In this document: in pieces, positions 52,417 to 64,000 of the stretch
How positions within the stretch are numbered: position 1 is the first letter of the stretch
How the letters are laid out: each line of letters opens with the position of its first letter
DNA from: Azolla caroliniana
Lineage: Eukaryota > Plantae > Polypodiophyta
DNA: 64,000 bases
NCBI GenBank assembly: GCA_043228905.1
Contig: JBHGNT010000001.1
Location: 25,978,001-26,042,000 of the forward strand
Direction: 5' to 3'
Position numbers and translations under genes: made by a program
Notes under the pieces: model-generated
Seen by the model: only the letters and a program-made list of their open reading frames with translations
Database searches by the model: none
Told to the model about the DNA's origin: nothing

Positions 52417-55400
52417 ATGAACAAGGGAAAGAACATTGCCAGGTACCTTTTTTTAACCGAATTTAGATTCCTTAAGATTCTCTAAATATGCTTTTTTGTT
52501 ATTAATTAATTTCAATCTAATTATCAAAGTGGAGTATACGGGAATTTGATGCACAACATTGAATTCCTGTTGAAGGTGCACAGATTTGCGTTAGATGCAG
52601 GGCTTGATGAAGTTTTATTGGCAAATTTGTACTAGTTATTTTTTAGTAGTCTTGATATTTGATTTTTAGTGATATTTAGGTTTTTTTTGTAGATTTTAAG
52701 TAAGTTCTTGCTAGTTTTAACCTTGCATGTACATTTTGTTAAGATTATGTTACTGTCCATGGATTACAGTGAGCCTCATCAAAAGGTTCCATCGTTTAAG
52801 TTGAAGATTACATCGCCGAAGAAAAGCACTTCCGAAAACTTCCTGAAAGAGGTTTCAAGAAGGTTGTAGTATGAGTCAAGAGGTGATGGTACCTCTAAAT
52901 CTTCTGTAGGCAACACAAATAAGATAGTGGCAAATAAGCCCGTCGAGCCTCGACTTGGAATGAACATTGATTTATGTTGAGGAAGATGGTGACTTGCTCC
53001 TCGTATTTACAAAGTCTGAAGGTCAAGGCAAGCTACAAGTGGGGAAGACCTTCACTTACGGAAAGATAAGAAATGTCAAATACGAAGATAGGGATTCGCC
53101 TAACCTGCTCCTTGATGTTGAGAGCTTGGGGGAATGCGGAGGGTTCGAGTTGATGAGGGCTATCTCGTGATGGACTCCTGCCACCCTAAAGCCCTCAAAA
53201 ATGATGTAGAGACAAAAAAAACTTAATTGTAGCTCTGGGACCTTACATCGTAGGAGAACTCATGGTTGCTCAAGTTGAGACACCTCCAAAGACTGCTCGA
53301 AAAGCGAAATCAGAACATAAAAAATACAAGAAATGGCAACAACCTGACGAAGATGAACTCGAAGTTCTAGAGTTCGTTGAAGATGAGGAAGATACACACT
53401 TAGAAGTAATTCCTCCAGGAGGGCAGATTGCCTCAAGGATCCTCACCTCCGAATAAACTCAGATACGAGAAATCATTGCCAAGACTAAAATCGTCCGTAA
53501 AGGACAATTACAGGAAGACGGGCTTTAGAGATAAGAGAGCCCCATGCAGTGCATATGAAGAATTTGAAAAGCAAAATGAAGATCAATTCACATGCTACTG
53601 TTGTGTCATTCCTAGTAATGGTAGACCTAGATCAATGCCCAACTGTAGCAGACTTTAAATATAGTTCGACATATGATTATACATATTATTGTCGGGGAAT
53701 ACGCGGATTAATCTCCGGCCACAACCGAAGCGTAGATCACTTGATGACAATCAAAACACAGACGAAATGGGAATGGAGGTAAGTGCACAAAATAGAAAGA
53801 GAATACACAGGATATTAACGTGGAAAACCCTGAGAGGGAAAAACCATGGGAGTCCACAGACTCCAAACTATCACTCTGTAAGAAGAATACAACAGGGAGC
53901 ACAGAGGCAACGACCTCTTGCTCACAATCTTCACCTAGTGGCAGTTACAACAGAGACACAATCTCTGTATATCGCTCTCTCTCTCTCTCTCTCTTACGCA
54001 TTGTACAGAAGTTACACCAATAACTCTATCATCATACATATTAAGTTTGCCCTAGGTCATATTTATACTAATATGACTTTCGGGCTATTTACAAATATAG
54101 CCCCATTGGGCTCTCTGGAACATATTTACATATATGTCCCTTCCATCCGATGAGAGGTTCTCACTGGGCCTACAACATCTAGTTCTCACCGGGTCTTCCT
54201 TGCCGGGTACTCCACATCCGGTTCTCATCGGGTCTTCTGTTGCTGGGTACTCCTCATCTAGTTCTCATCGGGTCTTCCGTTGCCGGGTACTCCACATCCG
54301 GTTCTCATTGGGTCTTCCGTTGCCGAGTACTCCACATCCGGATTCAGCCTCGGCCTATCGGCCTTGGCCGAGTTGTTCATCAACACTGTTCTTCTCACTT
54401 CCCATCCGGAGGGACCTGTTTTCTAACAATTATGTCATTGGAGGAACCCACTCTGCTGAAGCCCATCGTCAACTTGTCAAGGAATATCCTCTTACCCCCT
54501 TCTTCAAATATGCAAGTGTAAAATGTATGACAGTCTTACACATGAAGAAGCCAAGTTTCTAGCTTGGGACCACAATAATGACAATGATTATAGACAAAAG
54601 ATATTCTATATAGAGCGCATCAAGTTCTTTCATCACAAGTACCTTGATGCTTTGCAAAGATATGGTCCTAGGTTGCATCTTGGATTGCGTCGACAATGTC
54701 TACTAGAAGTGGGGATAATAGTTGACGAAAGCACAAAATCTGAAGGCCTAAGAAAGTATGACTTATGGTTTCAGCTCGCTTTTTGAACTGGGGAGGTTTG
54801 AGACCTTCAAGGATTTTTAGTATGTGGGAGCAGAAAGAGGTCAAGGGTGAACGTTCAAAGAAGGCTAAGTTGGACCATCGGGTGGAGATGAAGTCTAAGT
54901 CACTTAAAGTTGACTTAGTCCTTGGCGGTCATTGCAAGGAATAAAGGATGATAGATTATTAATATTTGTACTTTCTAGAGTGGCCGCCAAGGAATTCAAC
55001 TTGCTAGACAAAATGGTTACAGAATTCCAAAAGTGAGTTGTCTTTTTGTATTATTGTTTGTGTTTGGATTGCTTTCTTAATTTATTCTTGATTCTGACCT
55101 TTATGTGTAATGTCTTTTAGCCATAAGGTTTACATGAAGATACAAGAACTGTTGATGAAAAAATTGTCCCTGCCAACGTGGGAAGAAGTGGAGCAATCGT
55201 GCCCAAAAACGTCATCATACAAGGCTCTTGAAGAATTCCTTATAATATTTAGAGAATGGGTATGTGTGTCGACAATATTAATTGATTATAGGATGATGGG
55301 TATTTTCTGACAAAACTGATAATTGCAAAAACACCTCGCTCGATGAAACTGTGTGATAGTAATGAAGGCATACAAAGCGCACTCATCACCCATTTGGAAT

Positions 55401-56610
55401 GAGCGAAATATGAAAAGCGGATGAAAAAGGGAAAGGAGTTGGAGGTGCCACCCGAAGAGTCAGATACAGTGAAGAGTTTTCTACACAAGGGTGATCGTTT
55501 CCGCCAACTGTACTATAGTGTATATAATGGGGAATATGTGGGTAGTAGCTTGATATATTACCCAAGAGGCAATATACGTTGCTCGTCGCGGATATACCAT
55601 ATGGATTTCGAATAACCAGATCCACATATGATGATGTGCCATATAAGTATCCTCAAATAGAAAAGATTGTGAAGGATTTTGGAGAGCTAACTTAAATTGG
55701 CTCCTTTGTGGTGAATCGTAATACTCCATAGTATGGTTAGTCTTTATCGGTCACTACTACGTTAAAGTCGAGATGCCATGCAATTGAACACATGCATTGG
55801 TAAGATTCAAGTTGCTATATATTAATATACGATTTCAATGGCACTTACTATATAGAAAATTTAATGGTATTTACTTGTTTCCATTCCATTATACAAATAG
55901 GGTTAAAACAAATATAACTCATAGCCCGAGCGATCGAATGGTGAGCGTAGTGAAACATTTGTGTGTGGGGTACTATGATGCAATTTCTAAGAAGAAGGCT
56001 CAGGCACATGTGAATGAGCAAAATGTCCTAAATTATATCATTTACCCACTTGTGACGAAGAATCTGCGCCATGTTTCTGGCGATAAAAGTCTAGTGAACC
56101 CCAGGTACCAAAAACCACAACGATTAATCAATCGATTGATCGAGCTATTTTCTAACCCAATGATTGGGTTCTGGACTTATTTTCTAGAACATGTATTCTT
56201 ACCAGCATGATCAATTTATCTTAAAATAAAATTGAGTTTCCCGAATATGTTTTCTCACTTACGCAATTACGATTGTTTTTTCAGGAACTACGACTGCATG
56301 TGCTTTAAAGATGTTTAGGAACTGCATTGCCTTGTAGAAGGACCCTTCACAAGTCAACTTTTTTAAAATAAGGATCCAAGGTATCAGGGATTGTCCCGAC
56401 CAAGACCAAGAGGTTGGGGCAAAGCATATCACTGAAACTAAGATGTTCTAGTTGACCTCTAGAGAACAGATGGTACCTATAGAGGAAGAAGGAGGGGACC
56501 TTGTTGATCTTGAGGATGTACTACAGTTTGAACATATGTTGATTCAGTTGAGCAGACAGAAGAGGCAAATGTTGATATGACACAACAGTCAACTGATCTT
56601 GAAGAGTAGC
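52417..56610 (+). pseudogene. Intron-containing gene: ParB/Srx-like domain + beta-class N6A/N4C DNA methyltransferase (N6_N4_Mtase-like)
   Basis: ParB-like YYVIGGTHSAEAHRQL (restored across a solo LTR); motif IV LLVADIPYG (DIPY 55591-55602); NPRYQKPQRLINRLIELFSNP (~56097-56158); DWVLDLFS(R)T|xTTTACALKMFRNCIAL (motif I across intron 56193-56284). GT-AG introns at 52443-52769, 55033-55120, 55800-55900. Several stops and frameshifts. Confidence 0.85.
53690..54428. mobile_element. Solo LTR (739 bp) inserted in the ParB-like exon, TSD ATTAT
   Basis: TG...CA termini; ATTAT at 53685-53689 and 54429-54433; internal ~40-bp tandem repeats at 54155-54340. Confidence 0.9.
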
Positions 56611-58148
56611 TAGTTCCAAGTTTACTAATGGAATGAAACATATCTATGTATAGTGCTTCTTGTATGAATTGAACATTATTTTGAATTGTAACAACTTTTG
56701 GTTTGAGTATAATCTCCTAGTAACATTTTGTCCTTACTTTATTTTTTGGGTGTCTCTTTTCAATGTGTATTAAATGTGTTTTGACTTGTAAATCTTATGG
56801 TTAAGTATAATTTCCCTTGAACATTTGCTTTTTACTCTTAGATAATTTGTTTGACGATGATTGGATATTATTGTATCTTGGTTCTTTTCAACCAGAATAG
56901 GCGACTCTTGTTAATGTGTAAATTAGGCATTACATATGATTCATTGAACTTATTGTTTAAGTATATTTAGTATCCTAATAATATGATTTATGTTGTCATA
57001 ATTCTTAGTAAAGTAGTTTTGGGTAATCACAATGATATTAAGCCAAGACGGTTGTTCATATGATTATGCGTTGACGTTTGTTCATATGATTGACATATAA
57101 TTTGCGGAATGGTTTTTTGCATGCATGGTATCTTGTGAGATTTGCTTTTACGAATATTTCTCTAGTTATAACCTTAAACCCTAACTACAAACTCAACATA
57201 TCCCTCTTCATAAGTCTTAGAGACAAATATACACACAAAATTGCATTTCAAATTTAACATTATGTACAATGAAGCATAATCCAATTATATTGCATGGATT
57301 CCCATCATCTTATCTAAGAATTGGATAAACTTATCATAGATTGAATAAATGAAGGTTAATTTTGCAGTCTTAAAAATATTAATTGCAGATTTGGGCGGTG
57401 TCTTAAAAAATCATGTACGCATGCGTGATATGTTCTTGAAAGTTCACTAAAAAAAGGTATTTCTTGACATCCCACGTAAATATAAAAAAGGGAATGTGAC
57501 ATATTACCTGTTTCAAATGTCCCGGTGTTAAATGCAACAAAGTCAATCATCGACACTCTGTGGGACTGCCCAAAGACCCATCGAATATGGCGGAGGGTTG
57601 GCCGCCTAGTGCAATTATGCTAGGTGCAAGGCACAATCAAGTGGGGGCATGTATGTTGGTTATCATGGCAAACCCTTGTTGACTACTACGAACATTAGGA
57701 GGAGGGGATGACTTTGGTGATAAAAGCACAAGAGATTTTTTTTTCCACCTTTGACAATATCCATTCAACTCCTATTAATGACAAAGCTCAAGTGGAGTTA
57801 GAATTGGTCGGCCCAATAACTATTTGGATTCTATGGAAACAACGGTGTAGAGGGGTCTTCTCCAACCAAACCATGCATCAAGTAATGTTAATGCAGGAGA
57901 TATGGAGTGAAGTTGTAGCCACTCTAAAGAGCCAATATGACGGATCCGATGGAGTTGAAAGACAACGATTAGCCTTCATCCAACAATGGCCATCCTCTCC
58001 CTTTCTTGAGTTAGCCGGCATCCACATAAGCTGGAACTATCGCGTCCCCACAGGGATTTGTATATAACACTCATGTGTAAAATTTTGTGACTACTCGAAG
58101 TTTTTTTTTAAATTTAAAAAAGAATTTAAATTTTTAAAAATAAAAAAA

Positions 58149-58425
58149 TATCCCTAATAATAAATAGGAAAGTATATCAATGGATTTATGGTTAGTCTTC
58201 CTCAAATTAACAAGGGTCACGAATGGTTTGGTGTAGATCATACTAACAAAATTGGCCAAGGTAACAAATCATGAATTGGCTCACCAATTTGTGGATGAGT
58301 TAATCCCTTTTTATGGCTTACTGACTTATGTTGTGAATGATTGAGTTTTTAAGTTTACTATGACATTTTGGATATATGTCTTTTGAAAACTAGAAGCTAA
58401 ACTAAGCATGAGCTCTTCTCATCAT
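58149..58425 (+). mobile_element. Integrase core of the ancient Gypsy element begun at 42080
   Basis: ESISMD(F)MVSLP, FYGL..VVND..KFT..FW..LEAKLSMSSSHH, cut off by the next LTR. Confidence 0.7.
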
Positions 58426-58740
58426 TGTCACGACAAAGTGACATAAAATACATAGATGGTGAGGATTGAACCTACAACCTCACACCAACGAGATGTTATG
58501 CTCAATCATTTTGACCTGAGCATGCATTTGTATATAATGGTTTAGTATTGTATAGTCTAGCATATAGTACAATTCAGAATCAAAATATTCTACTCGTTAG
58601 TATATTCTAGAAATATTGTATGCTATATTCTAGACGAGTATATTCTAGAGATATTTCTCGAGTATATTCTAGAGATATTCAATCTTGGAACTTGTATAAA
58701 TACTTGTAACCTCCTTGGTCCCTTTCAAGGGATTCAATGT
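58426..58740 (+). mobile_element. 5' part of an LTR from the 27108-29490 family, interrupted by a Gypsy insertion
   Basis: TGTCACGA...TATAAATACTTGTAACCTCCTTGGTCCCTTT.AAGGGATTCAA is the reverse-complement homologue of 29227-29490. Confidence 0.85.
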
Positions 58741-59049
58741 TGTCGTGGGAAATTCCGACTACTAGGAGAAACGGAGCCAAAAGCACGTGAACGAGGGTGT
58801 GCAAACATGTGTAAATAGTAGTGTTAGTTTAAATGTTGAGGAATACTAGGTAGGAGTGATTCGATAGGTACTTTAAGGCTACACGCATAGAGAATAATAA
58901 TAATATTTGATGGAGAGAATTGATGTAAATCTCTGCCTGAAAGCGGCTATCTTTATTGGCGATGTAACGGCCTCCCCTTGTTCTATAAAAAGGGGACATT
59001 CCAAACTATTTTGGGGATCCACAACTGGGAGGAGGAAGCGTTGTCAGAT

Positions 59050-59105
<56 letters not shown>

Positions 59106-59654
59106 TGTCTCGTGCTCTGTATTGATTCGAGGAAGGAGGTGAAGCTTGTGCTCGCGTAGGAAGCTCATGAGCTCCCGACCAGAGATTCATCCTTCCGTTT
59201 CCCTATGTGTGTGGGTCTCTTGAGAGCGAGTAGCTCTGTTTCCAGTCACGCCTAGTTGTACTCTTTTTGACTCTCTGTTAATCAATAGTGCTTGTTGAGT
59301 TCTTCCTGTGTTGGGTATTTTCGCATTTTCCCTACTTTGTGTGTGTTGTTGCGGCCCGAGCTCGTGTTCTTATTCCCATTTTGTTTCTGTTTTGTGCGCA
59401 TCCAAATCTGTGGGCCCGAGAGCTCACCGTTGTTGCCCGACATCTTGACCGAAACAGTACACTCCTCAGGCCTGTGCACTAACCGGCTGCGATCCGAAGT
59501 CATTCCGGATCGGATACGCGTCCCGAAACCGATCCGACGAAGTTATCCGAACTCCGACCTGAACCACCCTTCTCCCTTACCGGCTCCTTGGTTCGAGACC
59601 CCGGTGGTTCTATCCAATTTCTACGCACCCACGCGGAATTCCGCGACATATCTT

Positions 59655-59672
59655 TGGTGAACCCAACATGAA
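59655..59672 (+). other. Primer-binding site complementary to tRNA-Trp
   Basis: TGGTGAACCCAACATGAA versus the expected TGGTGAACCCGACGTGAA (16/18; both differences are CpG transitions), 6 nt after the LTR. Confidence 0.75.
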
Positions 59673-61328
59673 AGGGGCGGCAAAGGAGTTCGAAAATGAG
59701 GGGAAGTGAACTTGCAGAGGCAATGGCGGTGGCCGTCGACCGCCTGGTGACCGCCTACGAGGGCACGAGCGCCCTCGATAGAGCCATTAAGGTGAAAATC
59801 AGGGGAAGTGAACTTGCAGAGGCAATGGCGGTGGCTGTCGACCGCCTGGTGACCTCCTGTGAGGGCATGAGCGCCCTCGATAGAGCCATTGAGGCGATAG
59901 TCTATGAAATTGGTCGATTCAATGGCAAGGACGCAACGAGCTACCTAGAGGCCTACCGAGCCAAAATGATGATGAGGGATTTTCCTGAGGGCAAACGACT
60001 GGCTGGATTTCCTCGAGTCGTTACGCTGAGGTGCTCGAGGTGCAAGCACATTGTCATAGCTGGACAAAACTCGAGGGGTGGCTCCTTGAAAGGTACGGCT
60101 TCGAGGACTCACTCCGACTGTTGAAGAAGATATTTATGGATTAGGTCAAGAGCCTCGACAAGGGACGGAATATGTCGGCGTTGTATCAGGAGTTTGAAAA
60201 ACGGTTCGTGTGACTCTCGACACTAGACTGGACCGTGCTCAATACGAGCAAGGTCATGCTATTTGTGAAGTCGGTCGACTTACTCGACCACGAGAAGGTG
60301 GGTCTCCTCTTGGAGACAAACGAAGGGCTCACGGCCGACTAGGCTATGGTTAAAAGAGTTTGTGGCCGTTTCGACAAACGACACGATTGGAATGACGTGA
60401 GGCCGTTGGCAACAGGCCTGGCAGCCAGGAAGAAGTTGGAGGAACCGATCCCGACACAGTTAGAAGAGACGAGACAATGGCTGGAGTCGGGGCGGTTCCG
60501 GCTAACGTGGCCGGAGTACCAGCCGGAGGTGCAACTTTGGAGGAGTTGACCAAGATGGTGCGCGATCTTCAAATCACACAAGCCTGGAGAGATGGGGGGG
60601 GCCAGTCGCACGATCAGAGGCCGCCGTTAGACCAGAGGTGTATGTGGTGCGACGAAGTTGGCCACATCCGGAGAGATTGCGCCGATTTCGTTGAGGTGCT
60701 TAAGAACAATGTTGTATACCTCTGGAATGGGTAGGTACATGTGTGCGATACGCGAAGGGCCCTCGAGGTGAACATCGGATGAGTTAGCATGAAGAGGATA
60801 TTGGAAGAAGCCATGGCCCGGAACACCGAGGCCATTCACTACTCGGTGTCGGTAGGGATCCGGCTAGGTGAAGAGAAGGGCACTGCATCCGAAAGCAATA
60901 CTAGATTCTTGCCGCTTGTACTGGAAGGTTATAGAAGGACACCTGAGAGCGAATGAAGGGGGTGTGGTGCGGCAGACCCGAGTTTGCGAGATCCGGCTGG
61001 CATAGGACACCGGTTCACCAATGAGACGCTTCAAGATCTGAAGATCGGTGGGGGTGGCTTCCTACTGCCGGCAAAGGAGGACCGGTTTCGGAGGATGTTA
61101 GGGAGGCATGGGAAAGCCTTCACATTCTCGCTAAGGGAGATTAGGTGCGTCGACCCGAAAATCGTAGAGCCAATGGTGATCTTCATGGTACCACATGTAC
61201 CGTGGAATTCAAGCCAATCCCAGTACCGAGAGCTCACATCCCAAAGCTGATGGAGCTGCTCAAATAGAAGGTTGAAATGGGTATCCTCGAACCATCAAGT
61301 GCCCCTTATTCGAATTGGTGGTTTACGG

Positions 61329-62267
61329 TGTCGCAAAAATTTCGCGTGCGTTTGTCGCTTGAATGGGACTGCCGAGGCCTTGGACCAGGGAGACAAAAGT
61401 AGTGAGGAAGTGGGAGATTAAGTCAAAGACATGGGGAAACATACATATGTTTTGATATAAATTAGGGTTTTTGTTTTTATTTTTTACAATTGTTAGGCAT
61501 GACACTACAATTTCGGTGGTTATTACAATAATCGGTTATAAATCAACCAAAGGGGCTAAAATAAACCGGTGAAGGCGAGTCTAGTGGGCTCCGAGTCTCA
61601 CTACTTCCGACGGCTATGTTGCCTCGATTCAGAGTAGCTCTCGTGCCACTACAAGCTCCCTTACGCCACTGGCTACCGAGTTGACTACCACCGAGATGCC
61701 GAAGAAGCCATTCTTTAAGAAATCCAAACCTTAAAATCAAGTAAAAAGTAGAATACTAGAAGCAAAACTCTCAAACCCTAAAATACTAATTCCTCAAGTA
61801 TGTTGAGGATAAAAGAAGAAAAGTAGAAAGAAGAAACTCTCAAACCCTAACCCTAGAAGGAAAAGATGAAAGAGAAAGTGATAAGGAGAAAGAGAGGCTA
61901 CAAAACCCTAACCCTAGAAGAAGAGGAGAAGAAGATGAAACCCTAGTGGTACACCCCTAAGACAAAATGGGCGACCCCCAAATAAGCCCTATCCCTCCTC
62001 TCTTATAGAGGAAAGAGGAGCTTATTTTAACATTACATGCTTTTTGGTATTTCCTTTATCACAAAAATGGAAGAGGAACAAAATACCGCTTGATTTGTAG
62101 CAAGAGAGACTCAAACTCTACACCTCTCTCTATATATTTATAAGCCTTAACCAATAAATTACTACAAGCTATTTATTAATAATAATATTATTTTCATTTA
62201 TATATTATTTCATAAGATGTGCGTGGAAGCTCGCCTTTTCTCATAGTGGACACGCCACACCACGACA
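61329..62267 (-). mobile_element. Solo LTR (939 bp) inserted antisense in RT
   Basis: Termini TGTCGC...CACGACA; splits WFT|VPKKN; imperfect TSD (TACGG / TCGG); its minus-strand 3' end resembles that of LTR 58741-59648. Confidence 0.85.
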
Positions 62268-64000
62268 TCGGTGCCGAAGAAGAACGACACACTGCACTTC
62301 ATTCAAGACTTGCAACCGGTCAACAAAGTGACCATTCGGAATGCAGGGGTCAACAACGATTGATGAGTTCGTGGATGCCTTCGCCGGAAGGTCGATCTAC
62401 TTAGTCGGGAACCTATACTCAAGGTATGACCAATTCCAGCTAGTCGTGGAGAGCAGGGACATCACAACGATGTGAACCCCTTTCGGCCTGGTTCGGATGT
62501 GTACCCTATCGCAAGGAAGGACGAATTCGGTGGCACACATGGTGAACGCAATGAATAAAGTGTTGAGGGATTGCATCCTGGAAATCAACATGCCGTTTTT
62601 GGATGACATCCCGATCAAGGGATGTAAGGAGGACGTAAATGATGGATCGATTGGACCGGACGGATGTCAGAAGTTTTTCGCGGACCACATCTCCGATTGC
62701 GAGAAGATACTGCAGAGACTTGAGGGTGCACGACTTACCTTCTCCGGGGAGAAATCGGCTTTCGGACAATTAGAGATCCTGGTGGTTGGCCATATGTGCG
62801 GACCATATGGCCGGAAAACCATCTCTGGCCAAGGTATAAGCCATCTCGGTGATGAAGGAAGAGTGCAAATCGGTCACGGAGGTCCAACGGTTCGTGGGAG
62901 CGTGCGCCTTCTACCACATTTGAGTTCCGCACCACACGCATATTGCGAGCCGCTCTATGGTTTGCTGAAGAAAGGTTGGAAATTCAAGTGGGGCGACGAG
63001 CACATGGAAGCGGTCCGGAGACTGAAGGAGATGTTGATGGCGGCACCGACTCTCTGGAAAGCGGTATACAAGGTGGATACTCCAGTTTACGTGAATGTGG
63101 ATACGAATCCAACCATAATCGGGTCAGTGGTTAATCAGGAAGACGGGGACGGTGCACGGTTCCCCATCTGGTTTGGTGCAAAGGTGTTGAGCGAATAGCA
63201 ATGGGGATACGCCCAAGTTAAACGCGAACTCTAGGGTATCATTTCGGCGGTTAAGGACGATAAGGACTACTTGGTAGGGGCAGAAGTGATAATCGAGACA
63301 GACTGCCTACCGACTATCGGTATGGTTTCCAGATGCGCGATTCGGGACCTAGCAATGCTCAAGTGGATCACGTACATCAAGTCCCAGAATCCGGAGATAC
63401 GACACATCTCCGGAAAGGACAACGCCATGGCTTATATGCTTTCAAGAGCAAGGTTTGAGAATGAGGGTGGCATGGTGTCGGAGAACGAAGAAGTCAGTGT
63501 GGACTTCTTCGAGTCGATCTAACTGAGGGCGAAAAGTTGGAGTACTCCGTTCCTAAATGAGTTCTGCGAGGACGATTACGATGGGGAGTGGCTTCAAATC
63601 GGGCGGTTCCTGAGCAGGATGGCGTCGGATGCGGACGTGGATGAAAGAGGAAGCAGGCCGGATTAGGAAGAAGGCTTACCAGTACTTCCTATGCGACGGG
63701 AAGAACATCTGAAGAAGCGTGCCGACACAACACTCTAGGTGGTGACAAAGGAGGAGGAACAATTGATGCTCATGTCGTAATTCCACGAGAGTCCTTGGTC
63801 CGGACACCAGGGAATGTGGGCCACATTCGAGAAGATAAAGGAGAAGTTCTCGTGGCCCGGAATGTACGGGGATGTGCACCACTTCGTGACGACATGCGAA
63901 AGCTATCAGATGCATTCTGGAGTCCAGCACCTTGACGAGCTGCACCCGACCTACCCGCCAACCGTTCACTTTAAGTGGATGGTTGATTTAGTGATGATGT

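Larger units (their letters stand above)
45302..57529. mobile_element. Sola-like (Sola1-type) DNA transposon carrying a ParB-like/DNA amino-methyltransferase gene; contains nested LTR elements
   Basis: TIRs 45302-45338 and 57493-57529 match at 32/37 nt; TSD AAAT at 45298-45301 and 57530-57533; removing the element restores the LINE reading frame; DDD transposase inside. Confidence 0.88.
43385..58148 (+). mobile_element. 5'-truncated L1-type LINE (43385-45301 + 57530-58148) interrupted by the DNA transposon; candidate TSD TATCCCT
   Basis: VLLDFE..AYDRVCW, GCPLAPLLFLLYAEA, FADDTT, KYLGFQIG; zinc knuckle CVTCPN|ATKSIIDTLWDCP restored across the insertion; A-rich tail; TATCCCT at 43378-43384 and 58149-58155. 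Confidence 0.85.
58741..64000 (+). mobile_element. Ty3/Gypsy retrotransposon (Phygy/Selgy-like), degenerate; 5' LTR 58741-59648; runs off the window end
   Basis: LTR TGTCGTGGGAAATTCCG...CGGAATTCCGCGACA; gag with GRFNGKDATSYL and CMWCDEVGHIRRDC knuckle; protease region deleted near 60940; RT (PFLDDIPIKG), RNaseH and integrase HH-CC region homologous to 46216-48087. Confidence 0.9.

Noticed and set aside
52417-56610. Bacterial contamination as the source of the methyltransferase
   Set aside because: The gene has GT-AG introns, an LTR insertion with TSD, and lies within TIRs inside a plant LINE.
61770-61945. Interstitial telomere (AAACCCTAA motifs)
   Set aside because: Isolated telo-box-like motifs within a solo LTR, not a tandem array.

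Overview
AT-rich eukaryotic nuclear DNA from a land plant, most likely a non-seed plant such as a fern (inferred from spliceosomal introns, AG/AT microsatellites and the TE lineages present). The first 21 kb holds three intron-containing genes: a RID3/WDR18(Ipi3)-like WD40 gene (-), an EF-hand + ZZ-type zinc-finger gene (+) and a plastid acyl-ACP desaturase (-) with an atypical substrate pocket. The remainder is layered transposon DNA. The main finding is a 12.2-kb DNA transposon (45302-57529; 37-bp TIRs, 4-bp AAAT TSD, Sola-like DDD transposase) carrying, head-to-head with the transposase, an intron-containing gene for a ParB-like domain followed by a bacterial-type beta-class N6-adenine/N4-cytosine DNA methyltransferase. 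This copy is pseudogenised. Also notable: a non-autonomous LTR element with a self-priming PBS, a -1 frameshift slippery site plus pseudoknot after a Gypsy protease, and a coding repeat that appears to have become an intron. All family assignments come from motif recognition by eye; no database searches were run.
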